Assembly (NCBI RefSeq): GCF_006345805.1 | Contig: NC_043006.1 | Span: 53,630,001-53,694,000, forward strand | Direction: 5' to 3' | Source of the DNA: Octopus sinensis | Taxonomy: Eukaryota | Length of the DNA stretch: 64,000 nucleotides | In this document: piece after piece, positions 39,501 to 51,998 of the stretch | Layout of the letters: each line of letters opens with the position of its first letter | Numbering within the stretch: the first letter of the stretch is position 1 | Position numbers and translations under genes: made by a program | Notes under the pieces: generated by a model | What the model was told of the DNA's origin: nothing | Database searches by the model: none | The model's input: only the letters and a program-made list of their open reading frames with translations

Positions 39501-41431
39501 TTAAACATTCAGTTAATCAATCAATCATGAAGCTGACCATGAGTAGAGAAGGCGTGTCATTGAAGAGGTCGTGATTAATGACGAAAAGACTTTGACAAAC
39601 ATAACTGATTGATCGATTATCACTGAATGATTAATCAAATAATCGATTAATAAGTGGGCTAAATAGTTAATCAATTGACGAATAATAAAGAAATAAAATT
39701 AAACCAGTATGTGTTTATTATTGGCATAAACGACCCTCCCGAGATATAACAAAAAATAAAAGTTCTCTCACCTTCCTGTCAAAGGATCGATGGTCCAATC
39801 AAGGGAGACAACTTCATAACCACTCTGACTCAGTTGTCGAAGTGCAAAATGGGCATCTTTAGCAAAAATTATCTGAAATGGTAAAAATGAAATTTATGTT
39901 AATGAGATTGAAAAATAAAGAGAAGAGAGTGGGAATAGTGTTGGAGAATAACCAAAGATTCCTTTCGGTCTTCAGTTCACTATAAAAATTCTTAAGGTAG
40001 CTTTGCAAATATGTGGGTTCGTGTTCAGTTCCACTACATGGCACCTTAGGTGATAACCTCAGGCTGACCAATGCTTTGTGAGTAAATATGGTAAACAGAA
40101 ACTAAGCGAGGGAGCAAGAATGCTCCAATGGATGTGTAATGTTAGTACATATAAACTGAGTGAATAACCAGGTATAAGAAAAGTCAAGAGTAGAGTGCAA
40201 GGGAGAAGGCTGGGCTGTGGAACCCATACAATAGGGAAACCAAGGAAGACTAAGCATGAAGTGGTAAAGGCTGATCTGAAGATGCTACATTTCACAGAGG
40301 AGATTGACAAAGGACTATACTGATTGCTGAAATGTGTTGCTGCAGATATTCTTCCCTGTGGTAAAAATATACCCTGAAATGAGGGTAGTATTCAGAGGCT
40401 GAGATACTTTGTACTCTGTCAAGTATACATCATTCATTTTGCTGCTTGCCTCACCTTACACCTTTTGATTCCCCTACCCAACTATGATCATCTGACTGCT
40501 CTCTTCTCCCCAACCCCATTCCTCCATTAGGCCTATGTGTATGAGATTTGATTAGTCCACCTCATTCCTCTGACTGCTCCACCCTTTACTAGGCCTTTGT
40601 ATCAGTGGCTGCATTAGTCTACTTCCATCCCTTCACTAGGCTGATACATAAAACACTGCATTGGACCCTCCTCATGAAACTATAATTCCCTCTTTCTAGT
40701 GCTACTCCTTTATTCTTTTCACCCTTCCCTATTATCAGTCATCACATTTTCTTCTCAAATCCACTTTTATTGCAACCCATTTCTTAATCCTAATCTTAAT
40801 CCGTCATCCACCTTACTTTTATCCACTTCAGCTGTTGCCATTCACACCATTCCATTTAACTCTGTCGCTTACATCACACTACTGCCCCTTTCAACCACCT
40901 TGTCATCCAGGTTCTTCTGACATCATTACTCAATCCTTCTAATCCTCTCCTTGGTTACTTGAGCAAATGTACATGCCCTAGGTATTTAATACTCTCAGCA
41001 CTCACTTCCCTTACCCAATCCAGCATCACTTCCCCCATTTCCCTCTTTGGCCTACATGTCTGAGCTCAGAGTACTCTCTACATTGTCCTGCATACAACAC
41101 ACCACCCTTCTTGTACTTATGCCAGCTGACAACTCATATGCCCTCAAAGGGAAAATGCTGGTACTACATTATGTACCTTGTAGATGCTATAAAGTCTTTG
41201 GCAAATTTGAGTAGAGAACATATAGAGTTCTTAGGCTCCTTTATTCAAATTCTCCAGAGTTGGTGTCACAAAAAGTGCATCCGGTACACTCTATAAAGTG
41301 GCAGGCAATAGGAAGTAGAAACTAAGTCAGTTTATAGAAGCAGCAGCTCCCATCAGGAGATGACTTGTCCAAACTGTACCAGCATGGAAAGCAAAAGTAA
41401 AAATGAAAATGATGATAATAACCACGACAAC

Positions 41432-41467
<36 letters not shown>

Positions 41468-44400
41468 TACTGACCATAGGAACATTCTGAAGCTTTTGTT
41501 CTTTTAGCTTAGCTCTTACGTTCTCAGCGATTCTTCGGATACATGGCAAGGCATACTTAAAGAACAAGTCAGGTCCAAGAATCCCAGCATGAGATTCAAA
41601 AAGCTGCAGCAGCTAAAAATTTAAAATAAAAAAAAATTATGTTTGACATTTTAGATATTTCTTTTAATTATAAAGCAAAGCTGCATCACAAAAATATAAA
41701 ACATGGCTGTATCTCAAACACAAGGAACAAGTGTATCTCAAAGTATGTTGTTTATCAGTTGGTCCAACAAGCACGCTCTAACCATAAGTATAACGAAAAG
41801 TACCAAAACACAAAGTAACAACAATGTAAAGTTTCCTTTTGTACTTTGTTGTCTTAAGTAAGATAGTCAGCTGGAAGGCGGCAAGCTGGCAGAAACGTTA
41901 GCATGCCAGGCAAAATGCTTAGCGGTATTTCTTCTGTCTTAAGGCGGCGAGCTGGCAGAAACGTTAGCACGTCGGGCGAAATGCTTAGCGGTATTTCGTC
42001 TACCGTTACGTTGTGAGTTCAAATTCCGCCGAGGTTGACTTTGCCTTTCATCCTTTCGGGGTCGATAAATTAAGTACCAGTTACGCACTGGGGTCGATGT
42101 AATCGACTTAATACCTATGTCTGTCCTTGTTTGTCCCCTCTATGTTTAGCCCCTTGTGGGTAATAAAGAAATAGGTATTTCTTCTGTCTTTACATTCTGA
42201 GTTCAAATTCCGCCGAGGTCGACTTTGCCTTTCATCCTTTCAGGGTCAATAAATAAATAAAGTACCAGTTACGCACTGGGGTCGATGTAATCGACTTAAT
42301 CCCTCTGTCTGTCCTTGTTTGTCCTCTCTATGTTTAGCCCCTTGTGGACAATAAAGAAATAAGATAGTCAGCTGGCATAATTGTTAGCACTCTGAGCAAA
42401 ATGCTTAGCAGTATTTCATCTGTCTGTACATTCTGAGTTCAAATTCTACCAAGGTCGATTTTACTTTTTGTCCTTTCAGGTAAAAGAAAATAAAGTACTA
42501 GTTGAGCACTGGGGTTGGTGTAATCAATTTACTCCTTCCCTGAAATTGCTGGCCTTGTGCCAAAATTTGAAACCAATTTTTCTTTCTTTCCTTTTTTTTC
42601 TTCACAAGTGCATGTGTGTGCACATACACAGAAACACAATGCTAGAAGTACTTTTCCTTTCTTTGCATTATCCACACACACACACACACACATACATACT
42701 TGGAGAGTGCAATGAGAGAAAGCTGCAACTCACGTTACAAGGAAAAAAAAAGAGATAAAAGGAGATATGAAGAAAAGGACTCTAACCTGTGCACCTGCTT
42801 TAACTTGAGCAACTAAATAATTGACAATTACATGTTCCAAAATTTCTAGAAGCTCCACACTGGCTTCTGGAAGTGTGTACAACCATTTCTTTGCCTTGGA
42901 TGCAGTGGAAGAACTACCTCCTTCAATCATATAAAACATAAGTGTCCACTGTAAGAGAAAATAGGCATAATATTTTATAGAAAGATGTGACAGCAAGTAG
43001 ACACAATGATTATAGAGGGAAATGACTGTAAGAAGAGACAATACCAAAAGACACAACATAAATGAGGAGATATAACAATAAGCAAAGACAAAATTTACAA
43101 AGAGACATAATTCATGCTTGGTCAAGCAATTTCATGCTTGACCAACCTGCACAAATGATCTGTTTATAGTGATCAAATGTTTATGCCATACATTAGCTCG
43201 CTTTCTCCATCAACTCAACATTGCCCGTACAAGTACATGGTGTGCCACACATCAAATGCTGAGTGATCGCAGAGCAACATCAGGTGAAGCGTTTTACTCA
43301 AGAACACAACGCACTACTCAGTCTGAGAATGAAAACCACGATCTCACAATCAGGAGTGCAACATCCTAACTACTAAGCCAAACACTTATATACATATATA
43401 TTTATATATATACATGTGTGTGTGTGTGTGTGTATATATGGAGACACAATGGCCCAGTGGTTAGGGCAGCGGACTCACAGTTGTAGGATCACGGTTTCAA
43501 TTCCCAGACTGGGCATTGTGAGTGTTTATTGAGCAAAAACACCTAAAGCTCCACGAGGCTCTGGCAGGGGGTGGTGGCGATCCCTGCTGTACTCTTTCAC
43601 CACAACTTTCTCTCACTCTTCTGTTGGCCTGCTCGCTTAGCCAGTGGGGTGGCATCATTTGAAGGCTAAAACAATGCGAAGCACATTGTGACCAGTGATG
43701 TGTAGCAACATCTGATAGCCTGGTTGGTCAAAGTGATATATATATATACAGACTTGGAAACAGCTTGCTATTGCAAGTGCAGTTAGTTGAAAACTACGAA
43801 TATTGGATGCTAGTAGGTTTCACAGGGTCATCAGGAGAAAATATACACTTTTTGGGGGCCTTCTTTCAACAACTTTACAGCACATCCCGGGACAGCTTCC
43901 AGCAGATCAATGTTTCGGACAAGATGGGCGTTCCATACTGGAAATGCAAACTCTAAGTGTGGATGTACTATAGACATTGAATTAATGACAATAGTATATT
44001 GTCTTCAAAGGAGGAAAAATAAAAGAAAAATAGCAAAAGAAAATTCTTATTAAAGCTTTTGAGCTTTTCTACTCAAAGACATTCTCTAAAATCTGAGTAC
44101 TTACTGGAGCTCCAGAAAATCCAATAAGAGGAACTTTTCCTTCAAGCTTATGCCGAGTTAGTGTAATGGCTTCAAATACATAACTAAGTGCATCATTCAC
44201 ATTTACATTTTTATTCAACTTCTCAAGATCTTCAGCTTTTCTTAAAGGATCTGGAAATGTTGGTCCCTGAAAAAACAAAAACGGTGAAAACAGAAATATA
44301 ACACACACAACATACCAAACCCAAATCACACATACTTACAACATATTGCACACATATACAACATACAACAACACACATAGACATGCAACATACTAGCACA

Positions 44401-47400
44401 CATACATGGCATGCCCACCACCACCATCACTACACACACATACAATATAGCACAGTCACATACAGACACATAATGTTACAATAGAATTTATTGACAAATA
44501 ACACAAAGTAAAGAAGCCCTCCCCCCAACAACAAAAACCTCAAAAATCCAAGATAAAAAAAAAAGAAAAACTGACCTTCTCTGGCACCATTTCCACAGTC
44601 ATTCCAAGAGCTTGAGGAATAACAAGGATGTCAGAGAAAATAATGGCAGCATCCAGAGCAAAACGTCTTATAGGCTGGAGAAGAAATAAAGAAAATATAT
44701 ACAAAACATGTATGATTATAAGATTTTAAACTTCATCTACTCTGTGTTTCAATCAATTTGATCTCTAATCATTAACTAGTATTTCTGGATAAGTACATGG
44801 TGTTAATAAATAGGGATATAGAGGATAAAAATCTGACCACTCTTGGTTTAGAAATAAAGTTCCTAGTTTGACTTCAGTCCAGGACTAAGATACCAAAAAG
44901 AGTAGATCAAAGCAGGCTGCTGCCTCACTTCTGCTCAAAAATATAATGCTTTGCCTGATTCAGAAATCGAAACCACAATTCTACGATCATGAGACACTAA
45001 AAGAAAGGCATGAATATTCCATTCCATTTATGACCCCCATCTTCTACATTTGAAGTTTTGTGCCTATTTCAGAAATAACTACGCAACGTTATATATGCTG
45101 TAGTAGAAAAGAAGTTTAATTTTCACTACCACTGCTATCACCTCTAACAACCAAACTCACCATCAACACCAGCACCACCACCTCTCACTTCTCATACTAG
45201 TATAACATCATACAACATACACGCACACAGACACACATATGAAGGTGAATAAGAATCTAATGCAAATAATAACTGCATTACTTTCTGACTCTCTGTATAT
45301 ATATATAAAGTAAGCTAAAAGTCAAGCACGAAAATATTTGACATTTTATTTACATTACATTATTATTCATTCTGTTTCTCGTGTACAAGTACATAGTATT
45401 CAGTTTGAGAAGAATTGAAGCATGTCTTTGACAATTTCAGAACATATTGAAAATATTTTGTGTATGACTTTTGGCCCAACCTGTGCGTGCATGTGTGGGT
45501 GTTTGAAGAACAAGCTAACTCATGACAGCATAGTGAACTATTAAGTAAATCCAATCAATCTACCATAATAATAGTTAAGATGGTATTGGTGAAGGCAATA
45601 TTGATTTTAAAAAGTTCTTAGCTTATAAAAGAGTGTAGTCCTTCAAAGATATGTTATTGTGAAAATCAAAATAAGAAGGCAATAGTTATGACAATGCTTA
45701 AAGTTAAGTGTAATGATAGCTTACCTGGAGTGTAACTTCACAAGCCAGAGAAGGAGTCTGGCATACTTCAAAAAATGAATGTTTTGCCCTCACTTCCTTA
45801 AATTCTGTAGAAAATAATTTTAAATCAAAATAAGGACAATTGTGATAAAGCACCTGGCTTTCAGTAAAAGAATGTAATATTGTTGATGGAGTTAGTTATA
45901 AGTATGGTAACATTGCTTATTTTATTGACCCTAGTGTGATGTTTAGGGAATGATATCGCTTGGTACCCACAGCGTTACCATTTACTTTAAATCTGCTGAC
46001 AGAGGTATGAATAATAACAATAACAATAGTTTCTGATTTAAACACAATGCCTAAATCAGAAACTATATGAGGGTAGGAGGTCAGTTTTTCATTCCTTTAA
46101 AAACCGGCACAGACTTTCTAGACAACCCAATAGTTGCAATTCTTGGACAAAGTAACACATTGTGTTCTTTTGCAAAACACTTAATTTCACTTTGCTCCAG
46201 TCCACTCAGCTGGCAAAAGTGAGTAAAACTATGATGGACAGGTATCCCATCCAGCAGGAGCATACATGCCATTGAATCCAGGGGAACTGGCCCTATGCAT
46301 CTATAAAACTCAGGAACAATGTGCTGGCAGACAAAATGCTTAGCAGTGTTTCTTCTAGCTCTTTACATTCTGAGTTCAAATTCCACCAATACTGGGCCCC
46401 ACCTGCAAGGTCATGCGCTGTTTATCTTGATATGAGATCACCATGTCGTGCACATATGGTTGTGATGCATGTGCCTGGTGTACCCTTATCAGACGGGTAG
46501 TCATGATGGGTATACTGGGCTTCGTATATTTTACCCCAGTGTCACTTTGATGGCATGCACTGCTCTCTCACTCAATAATAATAATAACAACAACAATAAT
46601 AATCTACTATATATTTCTTCAGGGTCAATAAAATAAAGGACCAGTCAAGTACTGGGGTTGATGTAATTGACTAGCCCTATTCACTTCAAAACTGCAGGCC
46701 TTGTGCCAAAATTAGAAACGATACTATTATGTAGTCATTAGACACTATGAAGGCACAAACCTTACCATTAAGTTCATGAATTCGCCAAATTTGTTAGCGA
46801 TATAAGCATTGAATGTTAATTAGGAAACTAAATTAAATTGCCCTGGTATGCCCTAGTAGCCAACTATTGTAAGGGAGATAATTATTTCTAGCTAAATTTT
46901 GGTGAATTTAGAAAACCAAGAAGATGCAGAGAATGTTTTTCTTTTATATTAATGTCATATATGTGTGTATGGTTATGTATATATCTCTGGGTTGATATTA
47001 CTTGTTACGTGTAAACTACCTTAGGGACATAATTATATCTCTTCACATCCTGTCGGAAGAGCCGTTTCTTTTTTGTGTATGTTGAGGGCATAGGGGTGAC
47101 TTAATCTGTCGTCTGGTTAAACATCACTATCATTGGCATATGGCTTAGTGGTTAGTGCAGTGGACTCGCGGTCAAGAGATCGCGGGTTCGATTCTCAGAC
47201 CGGGCGATGTATGTGTTTATGAGCGAAACACCTAAGCTCCACACAGCTCCAGCAGAAGGTAATGGCGAACTTCTGCCGACTCTTTCGCCACAACTTTCTC
47301 TCACTCTTTCCTCCTGCATCTTGCAGCTCACCTGCGATGGACTGGCGTCCAATACGCCAAGGAAACCGGCCCTTGTGAGCCAGGCATGGCTCGAGAAGGA

Positions 47401-49679
47401 ACAAACATCCTGAGTTCAATTCCAACCAGAGTTTATTTTTCATCCTTAGCATGAAAGACGACCGATAAAATATATACCAGTATCATGCTGGAAATTAACT
47501 GAGATCACTGCAGCGCTGTTTCTTACAATATCAGGCTCATAAAAAATAGTTCTAAAAAAATTTTTATGCTCCCTACTTTTATTTATAAGAAAATAGGGTT
47601 TGCATTCATAAAATTCATCTTTCTTTGTTAAAGTAATCAACTTATTTTAAAAGTCTGAAACCATCTTAATTCTTTTAAACATTGCAATTTGTTGCCCATC
47701 CCAACCCCATAAGAAACATTGGACAATAGCAATATTTCCTTATAACAAATGAGTTTTCATTTTACCCAACAATGTATGTCGGGATTTACCTCCTTGGAAT
47801 ATGGAAATTACTGCGCTTGAGTTCAGAAAATTGGGATAACAAATTTAACTCCATTCTCAACAGAGAGAGAGAGAGAGAATGTGTGTCATAGTAAATACAT
47901 GGCAAATTGGGTCTGTGATGCACATTTAATTCTATTCAACCATATCAGTTATCTTACTCCCTATACTTGTAATTTACATCAGCCATGAGATGTATATATA
48001 TATATATATGCACAAACACACACACATATATATATATGCACAAATACACACACACACACACTTCCCTGGGCATGGATACATTGAAACTCCGACGTCTGGC
48101 AGCTGACTTGGCAGACACCCATAAAATTATTAACCATCTTACTAACAATAACTCTGAGCACCTTTTCAAACTCCACCTGTCTTAACACCCATGGACATGT
48201 TTACAAAGTCAGAAAACAGCACAACTCCCATGACTTTTGGAAACATTTTTTCAGGCTATGAGTTGCTGAAGTATGGAACAAACTGCCGGTATCAGTTGTT
48301 AGTTGTCGGAGCACTGTATCCTTCAAAACTTCCATGCTCCCTGAGATTCGCCAACACTACACCTGATTGAGATAAAATTGTCAATTCAACCCTAATTTTT
48401 GACCAGTACTTTATACGATGAGAAGGATGGAGGATAAAACCGAGTTCAACTCAGAGCACAAAGGGACGCAACTCAATAACTCATTGCATTTTATTTGCTG
48501 CTGTACCAATTATAGCTATCCACCAAACCATATATATTACAATATTACCTGGGAGGTATCGTCCAGCTTGTCTCATGGCCCATACAGGAACATATTCAGT
48601 TTTCTCACCCCAGGCAGCTCGTATTATAACATCGTTCTTCAGTTCTGGAAAGTTCTGGATAGAATAAAACAATATAAAAACATTTCAGTATCATCAAGGT
48701 TCGTTTGCACAATTTTTTTTTTTGGGGGGGGGGGGGGGGCTATCTTTTGGTTTGACTCGAATTTTGTCAATAAAGAATTCGGTAATTTCCGTGAACACAT
48801 GTTGTCTTGGCAACTGTCAGTTGATAAAATGGATAGAGAAAGCAAATGGGTTGTACATGGGTGCATGCTTGTTCCTCACACAGAGGAACAAGCGCACACA
48901 CACGCACACACAAACAAGAACAAGCACACGCGCACACACACACACAGGAACAAGCATGCACACACGTACAACTCATTAGCTTTTTCTTCCCATTTCGTCA
49001 ACTGACAGTTGACAAGACAACACGGGTTCACGGAAATTACCGAGTTCTTTGTTGACAAAATTCGAGTCAAACCGAAAGATAGCCTCTTTTGTCATATTAG
49101 TTTCCTACACAGTTGTTAACAAATGCAGATCTTTATATTAACCCCCAAAAAACGTGTTACTTTGTGTAAGTCAGTTTCTGTCCACCCAATTTCACTCACA
49201 CAGTTTGGATCAACCCAAGACAACGATAAAAGACACTTGTCCAAGAAGACATAATGGGATCAAAATTGCTACCTCATAATTACAAATTATCCAATTATCT
49301 TTTCCTTTTGATGGACGGAATTTTCTAGTTAACTAAACAATTTGAAACTTCGTATACTGGTAGAATGTGTCAAAAGATAACATTATTGTAAACAAAATTG
49401 TAATTTGTAAGTTTAACGTAGTTTAATTCTTCTAATTTTAACCAATGAAATGCCAGCATTTGAGCTCAAATCATTTGCTGCGTCTAAAAACTCAGACAAT
49501 ATCCTGTTGCAACGTAAACAGCACACACACACACGTGTTATTCATCCTTCTCTCTTCTGCATGTGCTAGAAATAACAGCTATATCTCTTAAATCGATGAA
49601 TTTCGTCTCCCAATAAAAATATTAACAATATTTTTTGAATATTTTCTTAATTTTTTTTTACCGAAAAGGCTTCTCCCAT
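36425..49679 (-). CDS. UROD: Uroporphyrinogen decarboxylase, 10 coding exons, 365 aa
   Basis: join of 49679-49662, 48654-48549, 45804-45725, 44674-44576, 44266-44105, 42948-42787, 41612-41475, 39872-39772, 37463-37397, 36589-36425 = 1098 nt. All introns are GT-AG with consistent phases. Motifs [39 protein letters not shown]. Confidence 0.97.
37397..37463 (-). CDS. UROD: UROD exon 9 ([22 protein letters not shown])
   Basis: 67 nt, TTGCAG| and AAG|GTAAGT. Confidence 0.95.
39389..39744. mobile_element. MITE with long imperfect TIRs (consensus terminus TCTCGGGAGGGTCGTTTATGCC) in UROD intron 8
   Basis: The ends are reverse complements with TA-like flanks. An older, interrupted copy of the same family lies at ~18107-18748. 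Confidence 0.75.
39772..39872 (-). CDS. UROD: UROD exon 8 (IIFAKDAH...[11 protein letters not shown])
   Basis: 101 nt, TTTCAG| and AAG|GTGAGA. Confidence 0.95.
41475..41612 (-). CDS. UROD: UROD exon 7 ([10 protein letters not shown]...NVPM)
   Basis: 138 nt, TTTTAG| and ATG|GTCAGT. Confidence 0.95.
41875..42359 (+). mobile_element. Tandem SINE family A insertion (partial head + full unit + headless unit) inside an older SINE
   Basis: Flanked by a 16-bp direct repeat TAAGATAGTCAGCTGG (41859-41874, 42360-42375). The older copy continues to ~42570. Confidence 0.8.
42787..42948 (-). CDS. UROD: UROD exon 6 ([11 protein letters not shown]...KAGAQ)
   Basis: 162 nt, TACAG| and CAG|GTTAGA. Confidence 0.95.
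43440..43735 (+). mobile_element. tRNA-derived SINE (family C, GGCCCAGTGGTTAG head)
   Basis: tRNA-like A/B boxes; related copy at ~47140-47400 sharing GAGCGAAACACCTAAGCTCCAC and CACAACTTTCTCTCACTCT. Confidence 0.75.
44105..44266 (-). CDS. UROD: UROD exon 5 (GPTFPDP...GFSGAP)
   Basis: 162 nt, TTCAG| and CCA|GTAAGT. Confidence 0.95.
44576..44674 (-). CDS. UROD: UROD exon 4 ([33 protein letters not shown])
   Basis: 99 nt, CTCCAG| and AAG|GTCAG. Confidence 0.95.
45725..45804 (-). CDS. UROD: UROD exon 3 ([27 protein letters not shown])
   Basis: 80 nt, AG/GTAAGC; missed by the ORF track. Confidence 0.95.
48549..48654 (-). CDS. UROD: UROD exon 2 (NFPELKND...GRYLP)
   Basis: TATCCAG| acceptor, CAG|GTAATA donor, 106 nt. 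Confidence 0.95.
48738..49084. mobile_element. MITE with ~140-bp TIRs (GGCTATCTTT...AAAGATAGCC) in UROD intron 1
   Basis: The arms are imperfect reverse complements around a CA-rich core. Confidence 0.85.
49662..49679 (-). CDS. UROD: UROD exon 1 (proximal), MGEAFS
   Basis: AAAACCATGG Kozak context, donor TCG|GTAAAA, phase 0 matching exon 2. Confidence 0.8.
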
Positions 49680-49830
49680 GGTTTTGAAGGGCCAGAAACA
49701 ACAAAAACAAAACAATAATATGCCTAAATCGGTCTAGAGGATGCGCGTGGAGTGTGGGTCGTATTGTAAAAATTTGCGAAATATTTTTTCATAAAAGGAT
49801 GCCCCAGCTTGTCGGAGGCTGTGATATAAA
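49680..49830 (-). promoter_or_regulatory. UROD proximal 5' UTR/promoter region
   Basis: Immediately 5' of the ATG; local retention of CpGs (ATGCGCGTGG, GGTCGT, TTGCGAA) in a CpG-poor background. TSS position not determined. Confidence 0.55.
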
Positions 49831-51636
49831 TTGGGAAAAAAATCCTCAACACCAGTGTGTAATTGGTACTTAATTTATCGACCCCAAAACGATGAAACAT
49901 TGACCCCTTCTGGTTTATTTACCTTTTGTGTAAATTTGTTGCGGCAAGGGGCAAAACACAGAGGGGACACCAGTGCGAACTCACGAACATGTATGTATGT
50001 ATGCTTGTGTGCATATGTGTGTGTATGTATATCTCCGTTTGTATGTGTGTGTACACTTATATATTAATTACTATGTGCTTGTGCAAATGTATATGCATGT
50101 GTTTAAGAGAGAGAGTGACAGAAAGTGTGTGTGTGTGTGTGTGCAAGTGTACGTGTGTATGTATCTGAATATATGTGTGTGTGTATGCGGCGTGCGTCTG
50201 CTATGTTCTTTATCAAGATCGATAACGCAGCAAATGATTTGAGCTCAAATGCTGGCATTTCATTGGTTAAAATTCGAAGAATTAAACTACGTTAAACTTA
50301 CAAATTACAATTTTGTTTTCAATTTTGTTTACAATAATGTTATCTTTTGACACATTCTACCAGTATACGAAGTTTCAAATTGTTTAGTTACCTAGAAAAT
50401 TCCGTCCATCAAAAGGAAAAGATCCAACATTTTAACCATTCGTTCATGCATACTCTAGAACACAGACTACATTAATACAATACACACACATACAAAACTT
50501 GTATATGGGAACCTCTAGGCAATCGTTCAACCTGCTACAAATGGCAACCATATCTCACTTCATGGGAAGAATGGAATAGTTATGGTATGGTCATGGTTGG
50601 AGTGCCTGTGATCATAGGTCTTCTTGATCAAGTCTGACCTGAAACTTAACTACTATGACTATTACAACAACAAAACCTTATTTCATGTAATGTCTGTAGG
50701 TGTGGCAATTTGTCAAGTCATTCCATCTCTCTGGTATGTTGAAATATAGTAATTAGTAGTTGAATAATAGACACACACACACAACTAGACATATTCCAGA
50801 CATCTTTAATTGCTTTAAACATGGATTATCAGCGTCGGTTAGTCCAGCTGTTTTGTATGGCTTTTTTAAAAGTGTTTTACACATGAATACTTGTCCTAGA
50901 AGATCAGTCAACTATGACATGAATAGGGTATATTATTATCATTATTATTATTAGTTTTCATTGGTCCTTTTGACTAAAGGTGGTGAGCTGGCAGAGCTTT
51001 TAGCACGATGGACAAAATGCTTAGTGGTATTTTACCCGTTGCTATGTTCTGAGTTCAAATCCCACCAAGGTCGACTTTGCTTTTCATCTTTTCAAGGTCA
51101 ATAAATTAAGTACCAGTTGCATACTGGATTTGATCTAATTAACTGGCCCCCTCCCCTCAAAAATTCCAGGCCTTGTGCCTATAGCAGAAAGGATTATGTT
51201 TATTAATGGCATTTCTTCCAATTCTTTATGTGCCAAGCTCAAATCCTACCAAGGTAACTTTGCCTTCCATCCTTTCATGGTCAATGAATTAAGCATCTTT
51301 GGATACTAGGGTCAGTGTAATTTACTAGCCCCCATCCAAAATTTCAGCTTTTGCCTGTCCCCTCCTCTAACTTCCTCTGGCTAATAAAAGAAATTATTAT
51401 TATTAGTAGTAGTAGTAGTAGTGGTGGCATTTCTTCCAGCTCTTTGTGTGCTATGCTCAAATCCTACCAAGGTCAACTTCACCTTTCAGTTTTTCAGGGT
51501 CAATAAAATAAGGTGCCAGTTAAATGTTGGACTCAATGTAATCAACTAAGCCCCTCCCTCTAAAATTGCTGGCCTTGTGCCAAAGTTTGAAACAACTATA
51601 ATAAAAATAAAATCATCACTATCATCATCGTCATTG

Positions 51637-51998
51637 TTATCTCCATCTTAGCAAAGGCAGAGGTATTGTTTTTCAGTCATGTTTGTTTGTTTGTCCGTAG
51701 ACAAGATATCTCAAGAACCACTGGATGGATTCGGATGAAACTTCCAGGGCATTTTGGCCTCGTGACTGGCATGAACTGATTAGATTTTGGGATCGATCCA
51801 GTACCAGACAAGGATTCTGGATTATTTTTCCTGTTTTTTCACTTAATTTTTGAGAGCGGTCGGGTTCATTTTTAGTATTCTCATTTGAAAGAGCAGTCGA
51901 ATTCATTTCAGATATTCTCATTTTAAAAAACCTCTCCAGATCATTGAGAGGACGTTGGCTTTGCCTTGGTGAAGGTTTGCACTCTGAGTGCTCTTGTT
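51637..51998. mobile_element. Non-autonomous Helentron/DINE-1-like (HINE) element
   Basis: 5' CTCCATC...AAGGCAGAGG hairpin region followed by a (GTTT)n tract. The 3' end CCTTGGTGAAGGTTTGCACTCTGAGTGCTCTTGTT has a subterminal inverted repeat and short hairpin, matching the established HINE layout. Confidence 0.6.

Larger units (their letters stand above)
49297..50423. repeat. Near-identical inverted repeat pair (49297-49483 / 50225-50423) enclosing UROD exon 1 and promoter
   Basis: 187 vs 199 bp; 2 substitutions plus one 12-nt duplication; 741-bp spacer. Confidence 0.93.

Noticed and set aside
50700-50733. 34-nt plus-strand mini-exon (TGTAG|...|GTATGT), possibly of a gene divergent from UROD
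   Set aside because: The pyrimidine tract is weak and no compatible neighbouring exons or recognisable peptide were found; it cannot be supported without RNA data.
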